A DNA stretch of 64,000 nucleotides from Macrostomum lignano (taxonomy: Eukaryota), in assembly GCA_002269645.1 (NCBI GenBank), contig NIVC01003272.1:1-64000 (forward strand), in the 5' to 3' direction. Shown piece by piece: positions 10,870 through 21,786 of the stretch; within the stretch, counting starts at the first letter, position 1, and every line of letters starts with the position of its first letter. Both the position numbers and the translations under genes were made by a program. A model generated the notes under the pieces. That model was given only the letters and a program-made list of their open reading frames with translations, ran no database searches and was not told the origin of the DNA.

Positions 10870-11433
10870 CTCTGATAATATAGATGGATTTAGGGGGATT
10901 ATGGATGACGTTTTGTGAGCGAGTAGGACCCTGATTCAGGGATAATATGGATGGATTTAATACGATTATGTTCGAAGTTTTCAGAGCAAGTGCGAACCCT
11001 CCCCTTTTTTCAAGATTCTGTCAGGGATAATGTGGATGGATTTAATGGGATTATGGAGGAGGTTTTGTGGGCGAGTGCGACCCCCCTTTTTTCTGATTCT
11101 GTCAGGGATAATATGGATGGATTTAGGTGGATTATGGAGGACGTTTTGTGAGCGAGTGCGACCTCCCTTTTTTTCTGATTCTGTCAGGGACAATATAGAT
11201 GGATTTAATGGGATTATGGAGGAGGTGAAAAATTTTGTCCCAGAAGCCCCCTCATGCATTCTACTAAAGCCACAAAAAGAAAAATGTAGCGCGTTATCCC
11301 ATCACCAAAATAGCTTGAAGCTGAAAACATCGAAATCGAAACGCATGCAACGGTTAGTCGAAGTTAAGGAAATGATCGCTAAATCGCAGAATTTTTTCAA
11401 TAAATTAAAGTTTGGCCAAAAATTTCAACTACT
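10870..11433. repeat. Polinton right terminal region: ~81-bp subterminal direct repeats and ACTACT end (probable TIR)
   Basis: GATTCTGTCAGGGATAAT.. units at 11014, 11095, 11177 plus degenerate copies from about 10870; ACTACT at 11428-11433. The partner TIR is not visible. Confidence 0.7.
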
Positions 11434-11459
11434 CAGTTCTCAAGCCTCCTTTCGTGATT

Positions 11460-14400
11460 AGCGGACGCAGCCTCGCAATCGGCCTCGTGGAGGCCTTGCC
11501 AACCAGCTGCACTTTCGCAACTCGCACCCGTCTCTCCGCGGCAGCCAGCAGATGGTCGCGAATCGAGCCGTCTCGCCTTGCATGCAGATGCGCCGCTTTG
11601 AGCTCAAGAACCTGGTCGCCATGGTCGGGTCTAATCGTCTGACCGCCGATCGTTCCTCATTCATGCTAACGACTCTGCTCCGACCAGTCACCCTTTGTCC
11701 ATGCCACCAGCTGTCAACCTCCGTCAGCTGCTTCGCTGAAGTTCCTCGAGACAACGCATCGGCTGGATGGAATTCGGTCGTGACACACCTCCACTGGTCC
11801 GGATCTGTGACAGACTTGGTCTCTCTGATGCGGTTCGCAGCAAACGGCTGGTCGACTTTAAAGGTGCACTTGTTCCGATCGCTTCTCCATTCTACACCAA
11901 GCGTCTTGATGGATGGCAGCGGTGTGCCTTCCAATGTTACTTCGGCTACTCGATCTTCTGGTGGCACTCTGCTCAACAGTTCTCGCGAATCGGACATCCA
12001 TTTCCTGGGGTGCATGACTGCACGCTCCCAGCGAGTCTTCAACTCTTGAAGCAGCTGGATCGCCTCAGCCTCTGACCCGACCGAATCTAAACAATCGTCC
12101 ATATAGGTGGAGTTGAACAGCGTCTGCAGCTAATGGCAGCTCTTCTTTCAGGCGTTCCGCATGCTCACGAACTACGAACTGAGCAAGAAACGGCGAGCTC
12201 GAGTTGCCGAAAACGATGCGGTTGCTCTCAAAAATTTAAACAGGCTTGCTGGAGTCCATCTCACGCCGTAGAAAGCTATGCGTCGGCCTGTCCTCCGGTG
12301 CCATTTCGATCTGGAGGTACATCTCGGAGATGTCACAAGCCCCAGCCACCGCATCTCTCCTGAAGCAAAGCAGAACGTCAAACAATTCTCGCTGAAGCTT
12401 CGGCCGTGGGAAGACCAGAGAATTTAAGGACTTTTCGTTCCCGCCCGCCGAGGCATCGAAGACGATGCGAACCTTTGTCGTCAGCTTGTCGAATCGAATG
12501 ATCGGAAAATGTGGCAGAAAGCACCTTCTGGCTGAGAACCCCTCTACTGCAACGTGCCGAATGTAGCCTTGCTGCCCATATCGCTCTAGGCATGCTTGTA
12601 TTGCTTTGCCACCTCCACATCTTTCTTCAATCGGGTCTCTGTGTTGCAAAGCCGTTGCAAAGCTATCTCATAGTTATTCGAGCGAACTTTCGCCTCTGGC
12701 TTCCACGGAATTCCCACCTGGTATCGGCCGTTAGTTACCTTTAACGAAGCTTGCTCGACTGCAGCTTGCTCGTCCGCTGTCCAATTTTGGTCCTGAGCTG
12801 ACCAGATTTCTTCGACCTCCCGGAACTTACGTAGCACTGGTGACAGCATCTCCTCGCTGGTGAAACAGAAAAAGGTGCTGGCCAAGTTTGTCTGGTGCTG
12901 AATCTGTTCTACTTGACCCACACCTGTCCATCCAAGGGGAGTCAAACGTGCCTGTGGCTCCTTAGGGCCACCGCGAACTTCTCCGTAGGACACATGTAGC
13001 TCCGCATGATCCACTCCTATCAGCAGGTCTATGAGATGCGGCGCATGGAGCTGAGGAAATGGAATATGCTCCAGATGTTTCCAATCCGCTGCTGTCGTCT
13101 GCCAATCCGTGGCCTTCAGCTTCCCGGTGACGCTGTCTGTCGTGAATGCCGTGATCGGACGACTCAGACTTCCATCTGAGCGTCATCAGAGCGTCATCGT
13201 AACCGGAGCTGTCAAGAATTTCTCTGTCTGTCCGTTCAAAACGTTCACTTTCACTCGCTCCACATTGCCCTCCAGTCCCAGAGCTTCAACAATCTCTGCA
13301 TTCACATACGTCTTTGTACTCGCGTCGTCCAACAGTGCGCTCACTTTCACAACACAGCTGCCTGCCTTGAGAACCACTGGAACAGTTCGCAGCGACGTTG
13401 CACCTCCACTTCCTGCCATCATCGTTACGGCGGCTCCTTTGCGACCCGACTCAGCGCTCTTTTTTACTCCTTCTGCCGACGAATTTCTCTTCGACTCAGT
13501 TTTTCCCGCCTCGTCAGAATGCAGCAAGCGCGGTGGTGAAACTTGTTGCATTCCTCAATCTCACATCGACGTCCATGACGGCATATCCGAGCAGCATGAC
13601 CGCGAGCTAAGCAGCAAAAGCACGATTTTGAATCACGCGCAGCCTTCCAGCGATCTTCAGCTGACAGCTGTCTAAACGTTGGACACTTCCACAGCTCATG
13701 TTGATCTTGACACAGCATGCAAGATTTTGACGGAGACATTTGCTGATGATCTACAAGAAACGTTCTGGACCGCGTCTCCTTAACCTTCTCTTCACTCGTC
13801 ACACCGTGCACAATCTACATGTACATGGCTTCTGTCTGGAAGGCGGCTTCTATCAGCACCCACTCACGCAAAATCTTTACGCTCGCTTGCCTATGTCCTT
13901 CGAATAGCCAACGTCGGTAACGCGCCACCATCTGCTCAGGGAGCTTCTTCTGCAACTTTGCGTAGTCAATAGCCCGTCAGTCAATTCTGAGACCTTACCA
14001 GACTCTTCGAGATTTACAACTGCGACATCTAACCGATTAGAAAATTGCTTATGCTCTTTTGCATTGGTGAAGCGGATGAGTGGAAAGTTATCGAGCTCTT
14101 CAAGATACAGAGCATCGGCGGCTGCCCCTAAATTCGCGTTCCAATCTGTCTTTTGCAGCCTCGTAAGCAGCGGCAGAGTGACCCAGATGTTCGAATAATT
14201 TCAAAGCCGGCCCTTGAAGATACTGTCGGAGTTGAAGCAATTTGAACTCTGGTGTGGCAGGAGCTCTATCAATACGAGCAGTGAAGGCGGCTTTCCAAGA
14301 TTCGTACTGCTGCTTTTCGCCGCCGAACTTTAGAATCTCTACACGCCGAAGCATCTTCCAAAGATCTTTTTGCCAACTCGGCTTCACTGCTGCTAGTCTG

Positions 14401-14731
14401 AGAATGGCCCGCCTTTGCCTTTGTCTCGAGCTTCTTCTGTGGCTTCTTGCTGAAGGAGCTAGTCATAGAATGCGTCAAGCAGCTTCACGCACTCCTCGTG
14501 TGCTGCAGTGGCTGCATCGCACGCTTGCTGGATCGCTCCATGATCGGTGTCGCTCTGTAGCAACAGTACCAGCCGGTTTCGAGTTCTAGTTGCTGCAGAC
14601 TTCGTTCTTGCTTTCACTCGTCGAAACTGTTCGATGCGAAGCCGCTCCTCAGTGCTGATCTCTTTTTTCATCTTCTGAGCAGCCAGTCTGCTCGTGGCTG
14701 GCCATTCGTGATTCAATTCGTGGCTGGCCAT
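11460..14731 (-). pseudogene. BEL/Pao gag-pro-pol polyprotein remnants
   Basis: ORF fragments 14459-14731, 14100-14387, 13464-13811, 13186-13551, 12586-13014, 12236-12649 and 11458-12102 occur in canonical BEL domain order. Confidence 0.9.
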
Positions 14732-14860
14732 TCGTGATTCAATTCGTGGCTGGCCATTCGTGATTCAATTCGTGGCTGGCCATTTGTGATTCAATTCGTG
14801 GCTGGCCATTTGTGATTCAATTCGTGGCTGGCCATTCGTGATTCAATTCGTGGCTGGCTA
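14694..14860. repeat. 26-bp tandem array (about 6.4 copies) in the BEL 5' leader
   Basis: GTGGCTGGCCATTCGTGATTCAATTC units, immediately downstream of the PBS on the element strand. Confidence 0.95.
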
Positions 14861-14868
14861 TTTACCTG

Positions 14869-14886
14869 AACCACGCTCTGCTACCA
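14869..14886 (-). promoter_or_regulatory. BEL primer-binding site complementary to initiator tRNA-Met 3' end
   Basis: Minus strand TGGTAGCAGAGCGTGGTT, 3 nt after LTR end ..TTTTCAACA; the plus strand reads AACCACGCTCTGCTACCA, like the CUCUGCUACCA end of animal tRNA-iMet. Confidence 0.85.
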
Positions 14887-14889
14887 AAA

Positions 14890-15689
14890 TGTTGAAAAGA
14901 GAATCCAAAGAATCGAGAATGCAGCACTTGGCGGCTAGCCTCGCAATCGACAATCGTAGCAGACAACAAATCAAAAGGGTACGCGCAGTCTAGTCTTGCT
15001 AGGTATATTTATTCTCAATTTATTAAGTAGAAGGCGGGGTTGACACAGGATTTAGCGAGGGGGGTTGTAAATGTGCATGAATTACTATGTACTCGTACGT
15101 TACCAATCAGAATGGGGGGTGAGAAAGGTGGCGTGAGGCGCGGAGGGGGGCAGGTAAAATAGGCAAATGATGAGTAATAGTACAGACGTACAATGAAATA
15201 AGCAAAACCCTTTACTCTTCAATCCAGTCCAGGGGCCCGTGCTATAGAATCAGGAGTTAGGAGTTAGGAGCTAGGACTCAAGAGTACTCTTGACAAGGAG
15301 TGATTGAATTTTGTGTGCTATAGATTTCAGGAGTTAGGAGTTAGGAGCTAGGACTCAAGAGTACTCTTGACAAGGAGTGATTGAATTTTGTGTGCTATTG
15401 ATTTCAGGAGTTAAGAGTTAGGAGCTAGGAGTTCTTGCAAGGAGTGCAGCCTAGGAGTGGGGGTGTGTTCAAGGAGTGTTGCGCAATCATTTAAGGAAAG
15501 AATGCCACGGACCTTAATGAGTTCTCCTAAATTCACCCAGGAGTCTCCTAACGTCCTTAAGGAGCCTCCTAGATCTTAAAATTTACTCTTGATTCTATAG
15601 CACAGAAAAGCCAGCTAGGAGCTAGGAGTTAGGACACTCTTAAGGATTTAGGAGTTAAGAGTATTCTATAGCACGGGCCCCAGTTCTAA
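14890..15689 (-). repeat. BEL 5' LTR (about 349 bp after removing the MITE)
   Basis: Ends CAACA at 14890 next to the PBS; AATAAA on the minus strand near 15010; start matches the 3' LTR stub 8/9 (CAGTTCTAA 15681-15689 vs CAGTTCTCA 11434-11442). Confidence 0.7.
15233..15680. mobile_element. PIF/Harbinger MITE, 448 bp
   Basis: Perfect 18-bp TIRs GGGCCCGTGCTATAGAAT; CAG target-site duplication (15230-15232, 15681-15683), matching the CWG preference of animal Harbingers; internal TAGGAG/CTCCTA motifs. Confidence 0.9.
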
Positions 15690-15909
15690 AAAACTAGCGG
15701 AAATTCAATTCAGACAATTCAGACAATTCAGCATTCATTCTTGCACGCTTTTGTGCAGGAATGGATATCTATGGTAAAATCTCACAGAAAAATCATTCTG
15801 GCGCTGAAATACATATAAACTTATTCAAGCGACCAAGTGGGGAATAAGACAATTTACTTTAAACAGACACCCATATGAAGGCACAATATCATAATGCATG
15901 TCATTAACT

Positions 15910-16310
15910 CAGTGCCAGCCTTGCGAAGCCTCCTACGAGTAACTTCATCAGCACGTCGACGACATGTGTCTGCATTTAGCTCTGACTTTGTTGGTCACTG
16001 GCCTTCTGCACCCAGGCGGAGCTTCTGGACCTTCAACAGATGGCACGAAGTGACTATGGACACCATTATGTTGCGAATTTCGCTAGTTTCGCTGATCAAG
16101 CCTCGACAGTGGGGCAAACCTCAAACTTTGGACTTCCTCTTCTACTTTCAAGCATTCCGTCATCCCCGATCCGTCGCCGTCGGCACATTCAACAGATGAC
16201 ACCAGGTGGACTATAGGGACACCATGCTGCGAGTTTCTTTGATATCTCTCACCAAGCATCAATAATGTAAAACTTCAACTGCTGGTCATCCTCAGTCTCT
16301 CAAGCATTCT
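15910..16310 (+). repeat. Dispersed repeat related to 34825-35205
   Basis: Shared blocks CACCCAGGCGGAGCTTCTGGACCTTCAACAG and CTAGTTTCGCTGATCAAGCCTCGACAG. Confidence 0.8.
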
Positions 16311-17801
16311 CCAGTTTCGCTGAGTTGAAGTTTCCTGGTAGTACCAGTAAGTAGCTAGTACATAATCTAGTCTACAAGTAGAAGTACTAGGTTTTTCGAA
16401 AGAGATTTTAGGCAGGTTATACTCGCATTCTCGGTCAACATAATTCTGATTCCAATCATAGGTTCGAATTCTAAATAGGAGTACTCAGCAAAAGCAAGTC
16501 TTCCAAGAAAGATTCGTGCACAAATGTTGTTGGCGCATGGCTCAAGTTCGATGAACTTCCAGATTGAGAATGGAGCGTCCGTTCACGCATTGGCTCCTAT
16601 CGCTCTTACTAGTACATGTAGCTATTATTCTAGCTCGTACATGTACATCGCAAAGAAGTACGTCAGACTACGTCAGTTTGAGGCAGGTATCTGACTTTAG
16701 CTGGTTTTAAACATCCCGCGCCGGCCTGACCTCGCTTTGGTGAGTTGGTTGGGTGCGGGTGACCTGCGGGCTTAGGGCCGCCTCCCCCTTCCACTCTGCT
16801 ATTTAGTCTCGCGTCGCGGCCTTTGGCAATATATATTTTTATATTTTTTATTTCAACAATAATAGACTTCGTCGCTTAAGGGCTTCACTTCTCCTTTCTG
16901 GACCGGGTGTGTCGGTCTTTTGTGCCACTTGCTTTTGCTCTGCGTTTGTCTTTTGGAGTTTAACCCGAGATAAAACGCAAAATATTAACATTACTGACGA
17001 TAAAATAAAACCGGCAAGATTTTATTGAAAGCGTCTGTATACTTTTGCCAACTAAGCTTCAATGCTGGCAACAGAATTTTAAGTAGTTAATTATATTATT
17101 TACGTTAGTTATGCATCACATGATAAGTTAGCTACCTAAAAATTATAACAATTAAAATGAAGCCACGACGATGGGCATTTTCCAGAACAGCATTAATTTT
17201 TATTGATCGCTGATTTCATGTACTCGTAGGTTGAAGCGCATAAAAATCTAGATTTTAAAAGTCCACGGAACGAAGCATAAGAAGACAGTTAGGATTTTTA
17301 CGGAAAAGACTACAAAGAACACAGGTGACAGACAGTGTACACCAAATTAGAATGAGCGCGCAGACCTAAAACAGGGTTCCCAATTCAAATGATCAACTAT
17401 TGTTCATATAGTTTTTGATCACGTCTCAAAAAGCGACCAAAAGTTAAGCAAAACAGTGCAGAGAGCAGCCTGTATCACGTGATTGCATCGGCATGGACAC
17501 GAGCTTTAGTCTGCAGCTTAAATATAGGCTAGCAAATCTATCTGGAATCTTCAAGTGAACAGCGGCGGTGCGGAGCGCCCGAGAGCTGACCAAGGCATTT
17601 GAGCCGATAGCGGAATTTATAAAACAAGGCAGTGAAGCAAAAGATTGCTCGGGAATTGTAGGCAAGTCAGATAGGTAAGGTACTTAGAGACACACAATAT
17701 TTGAAAGCCTGGTTTATGGCCGAGCAGCAAAATACGAAAGAGGAAGTTAGTGGAGCTATTACAGAAAAGCTGATCGCCGAGCCAGCCAGCAAGTCCAGGC
17801 C

Positions 17802-20800
17802 TCACTCTCGCACGGACTCGAGCAGGTCCATTTTGGGCGAGTTCTCGAATAGCGCCGCCCGGTTCTGATCCTCCGCCTTCTTCACCCAGTGATTATAAAC
17901 CAGGAACGCCGTGCTGTCGATCAAGCGCCGCATGGCGCGCACGCTGTACGGATCCGAGCGAAGGCGCCGAATGTCCAGCCGACTGGGCGCCGAGTGCAGA
18001 CGGCTGAGGCGACACAAGCAGCGGACGGCCAGGATGGCGGAGCGGAACCGGCTGCGCGGGTCAAACGACAGGCGTGGAAGCTCCTTGATGACCAAGGCGG
18101 GGATAGCTGGCTTTACTTAGGTGATCAGGGATTTAGCACAATCTCGGGTGGTCAGCTTGCAAAGAGGGGCAGGTCTGTAATCCTTAGCCTATGAATGGGA
18201 CAGGTGGAAAATAGAAGGGCAGGTCTGTAATCCTTAGCCTATGAATGGGACAGGTGGAAAATAGAAGGGCAGGTCTGTAACCCTTAGCCAATGAATGGGA
18301 CAGGTGGAAAATAGAAGGGCAGGTCTGTAACACTTAGCCAATGAATGGGACCGGTGGAAAATAGAAGGGCAGGTCTGTAACCCTTAGCCTATGAATGGGA
18401 TTGGTGGAAAATAGAAGGGTAGGTCTGTTATCCTTAGCCTATGAATGGGATTGGTGGAAAATAGAAGGGCAGGTCTGTAATCCTTAGCCTATGAATGGGA
18501 CAGGTGGAAAATAGAAGGGCAGGTCTGTAATCCTTAGCCTATGAATGGGATTGGTGGAAAATAAAAGGGCAGGTCTGTAATCCTTAGCCTATGAATGGGA
18601 CCGGTGGAAAATAGAAGGGCAGGTCTGTAATCCTTAGCCTATGAATGGGACCGGTGGAAAATAGAAGGGCAGGTCTGTAATCCTTAGCCTATGAATGGGA
18701 TTGGTGGAAAATAAAAGAGCAGGTCTGTAATCCTTAGTCTAAAAATGAAATCGATATAAAAAAGAAGGGCGGGTCTTAGTGGTTGAGTATAGACTCAAAG
18801 TGCAGGAGTCGATGGGCCCGAGAAGAAAGCTAGTCAGACAAGTGCACGTACACCAAAGGTGCTGGGTACCGAGAGAGACGATGGTATGCAGATAAAATTC
18901 GAAAAGGGCTTCCTGTGGAGGTAGGGAATGATAATAACAAACTATAAATTATCACTATAGCAATCCGGGGTGCCTATGTGTGTGATGAAACAACTACAAA
19001 TGTTTAAAAGGCTTTTTTACACTAAAATACAGAAAATACTGTGATTTGGTGCAGCACTGGAAATAGCTTGTTGAATAGGCAACAAAGAGCAATCTTGAGT
19101 TACGAGCCGTCGTACTATGGTGCTTCGTGCTTGTCACTTTTAGATTCCTTAAAATTATATAGAAGGGCGAAACTATATCAACACCGAAGTGCGCCGAATC
19201 AAGAATCAATGGTGGAAATGCTTCAAACGAACGTGCTGTCGGTTCGTGAGCTTTCTGAATTCGGTGCATCGAACGAGTTTACTAAATAATTAGCAGGTGC
19301 AAATGCAATTTTTTTTACTAATAGCAGGTACTCTGATTTCAATTTACTGCTGGTGCGATTCGCGAAAATCGAATGTGAATGAAAAATCGCCAATCCAGAG
19401 TGACAGTTGCTGATGCCACATGTTGAAAAACTTAATGCACTGCACTCGTTACTGCTGACACCAATTGAACGGGATTCAAAAGAACAACAATGCATCTAAG
19501 TAATCAGGCAGGCGCATGTAAACTAGAAACTAGCAGAACAGCAAACCGGTAGCTCGGGCAATTTGTATGCTACCTGCGCATTTGACTGCAATATTCTGGT
19601 AGTTACCTGGCTACGAACTCCACTGGGAAGGCTTGCGTCTATCTTAAAACGTGGAGATGGGAATAGGTTGCAAACTTTAAGTGCGGAAAACAAAAAATAT
19701 TTGATTTTTGTCTTAGCTATTCGCCAAAGATTATTTGCTTTTCTGATTTCAAAAAAATACCTAAGGAAATAAGATGCAAAGTGGATATAACAAAAATACG
19801 CTCATCGCTCATGAAAACAAAAACGGCATTGATGGCTGAGACATTATTGGTTCACTAACGCAATAATAGAAATGAGCGAATGGCATAAACGGAACAACTA
19901 TCAACACAATAGCCTCACCTGCCGGGCAAAAAAACTGGTGCTGCAGTGCCTCAGCAGCAGTTGGTCTTTGCTTTGAGTCCACCCTGAGCAGCCTGCGAAT
20001 GAGGTCCTTTGCAGCGTCCGAGATCTCTTCCCACTCTGGAGAATCGAAGCTGAAGCGGCCCTCCATGATGAGCCGCAACATGGTCATCTGCTTGCGGTGC
20101 CAGAAGGGTGGCGATCCGCTGAGCATGGTGTACATGAGCACGCCCGAGGCCCACATATCCACCGCCCTGCGGATTGAGGAGGTAATTGGAATGACCTCCT
20201 GATTGAGGAACAGCGAAGTAGTTTAGATAGAGAAATGGCCTCATTGTAAAATCGTTTCAGTCGATCCTGCAGTATGGCTGGGAAAATGAAGAATCAAATT
20301 ACAGTTCCAACACACGAAGACTCACGAAATAGGGGGGGGGGGCAGCTTTATCGTTTATAATAGATAGAGTTTTCGTGTGTTTCAGCGATCAAATATACCC
20401 TTACGACAGCCCGTGTGTGTTAAGACGCGTTGGTTTTTCGCATTCGATGTCAATGTTAAGCTTTATTTATCTACTATTTTTGTTACGATTTTGCCCTCAC
20501 AGACCAATGGCTCTCCGTCGGGTGCAGTAAAAATTCTGAGACGCCTCACCTGCCGTATCCATGCACGGAAGTCCGCTCGTATCTCTCGTACATGTTCACA
20601 ATGAGAATCTCTGGACTGAGGTAGCTGGGAGTGCCGCACAGGTCCGTGAGGCTCTCGTCGTCTTCTACCTCGGTGGCAAAGCCGAAGTCTGTCAGCTTGA
20701 TGTTCATGGCTTCGTCGAGCAGGATGTTCTCAGCCTTGATGTCCCTGTGCACAATGCTACGTCTATGCAAGAACTGCAAGGCATCCAGCAGCTGCTGCAT

Positions 20801-21429
20801 CACCGCTCGGGTTCGCTTCTCGGACAGCCGAACCACCTTGTTCAGGTGCTCGAACAGCTCGCCGTTAGGACAGCTATCAAAAGTTCCAATAGGGGGCCGC
20901 TGTGTTATTGAATCCGCATTTTTCTACACTCTTTCGTATAATTGATGTATTTAGATCCACACCTAAGCGAACAAGCGCATGAGTTAGTGCATATAAATAC
21001 CAAAAAACTTACATTTCGAACACGAAGAACACATATGCAGCTGTTTCGAAGTAGCCATGGAGCAGGATAATGTTGGGGTGGCCTTGGACTTTGCGAAGAA
21101 CTTCGAGCTCCTTCATGGCGTCAGCCCTCGCATCCTCGCTATTAGCATCCAAGTTGTTTAGGTCGATAACCTTTACAGCAAATTCCTTCTTGGTGGATTT
21201 TTCCACGCACTTTCGCACCACACTACTGAGGCCACTGGAATTGTGAGGTAGGAGTCAAGCAATGGCTTCATTTAGTGTGTATATTTGCCACTTTTGTAAA
21301 TAAATAATCCAAAATAAATATAATTAAAGATACTTACTGGCCAAGTACTTCCTTAGGCTCATACTGGCTGTAAAACTGATTGGTGTTGCCACTGTCATCA
21401 CCTGCTCCATTTGGGTATCCTATAGTCAT
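17802..21429 (-). CDS. PHKG: Phosphorylase kinase catalytic gamma subunit; exons 21429-21338, 21234-21013, 20873-20550, 20166-19919, 18106-17802 (396 aa)
   Basis: All introns GT-AG and phases join to 1191 nt. [71 protein letters not shown], and the calmodulin-binding tail [38 protein letters not shown]. An acceptor 7 nt upstream of the ATG implies an unlocated 5' UTR exon. Confidence 0.96.
18167..18770. repeat. 50-bp minisatellite, about 12 copies, in the last PHKG intron
   Basis: GGGCAGGTCTGTAATCCTTAGCCTATGAATGGGACAGGTGGAAAATAGAA with period 50. Confidence 0.97.
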
Positions 21430-21630
21430 TGCAAGCCTGAAGATTGAATCACAAATTTCAAATTTAATGAGAAAATATTATATATAGATCCAAATGTAAA
21501 TACAATATAATTATAAACAAATAATTATACTAAGAAATATACATCTATGACAACTTTGGGTGCTGTTTTAGAAGAGTGAAAACCCTTTTTTAGGGTTTTC
21601 ATATGATATTATTATTCACGATACATACAT

Positions 21631-21786
21631 GTGCAACCTTGGGATTCACCCAGCCATCTCTATTGGCAACACACACATGTAAGTTGCTATTGGCTGAGAG
21701 CAGTCACGTGACTACTATTCCATCCAATAGCGACTTACATGTGTGTGTTGCCAATATAAACAGCCAGGTGAATCCCTAGGTTGCAC
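21631..21786. mobile_element. 156-bp palindromic hairpin element (MITE-like)
   Basis: Arms GTGCAACC.TGGGATTCACC and TATTGGCAACACACACATGTAAGTTGCTATTGG each pair with one mismatch; centre AGTCACGTGACT. Confidence 0.8.

Larger units (their letters stand above)
1..11433. mobile_element. Polinton/Maverick (adintovirus-like) endogenous viral element, decayed; right part only, left end outside window
   Basis: Compact cluster of pPolB, adenain protease, A32/FtsK-like ATPase, MCP and penton. Nine ORFs have A-run ATG contexts and some intergenic gaps are only 16-30 nt. Ends at ACTACT (11428-11433), the complement of the canonical AGTAGT Polinton terminus, directly followed by BEL LTR sequence. No integrase ORF in the visible part. 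Confidence 0.93.
11434..15689 (-). mobile_element. BEL/Pao LTR retrotransposon, internally deleted
   Basis: Gag (LKFGG..YESWKAAF..KLLQLRQYLQG), BEL zinc knuckles (CMLCQDQHELWKC..CFCCL..GH..RIC), protease ALLDDAST, RT (KVRIVFDASA, YMDD, KTLGVEW), FAANRI..QWRCV..PADALSRG, C-terminal RVAKVQ..RPIARLRPL, purine tract, then LTR start TGAGAACTG. Most of RNase H and integrase is missing. Confidence 0.93.

Noticed and set aside
1-11433. Retroviral-type integrase gene of the Polinton
   Set aside because: No DDE/rve motif found in any frame here; it may lie left of the window, so absence cannot be claimed.
18167-18770. CRISPR-like regular array (also 41787-42058 and 55883-56032)
   Set aside because: Units are contiguous with no unique spacers, the context is eukaryotic intron/TE, and there are no cas genes.
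19809-19918. C-terminal extension [11 protein letters not shown].. of kinase ORF 19809-20162
   Set aside because: Read-through into the intron; the GTGAG donor at 19918 joins in frame to the conserved calmodulin-binding exon.
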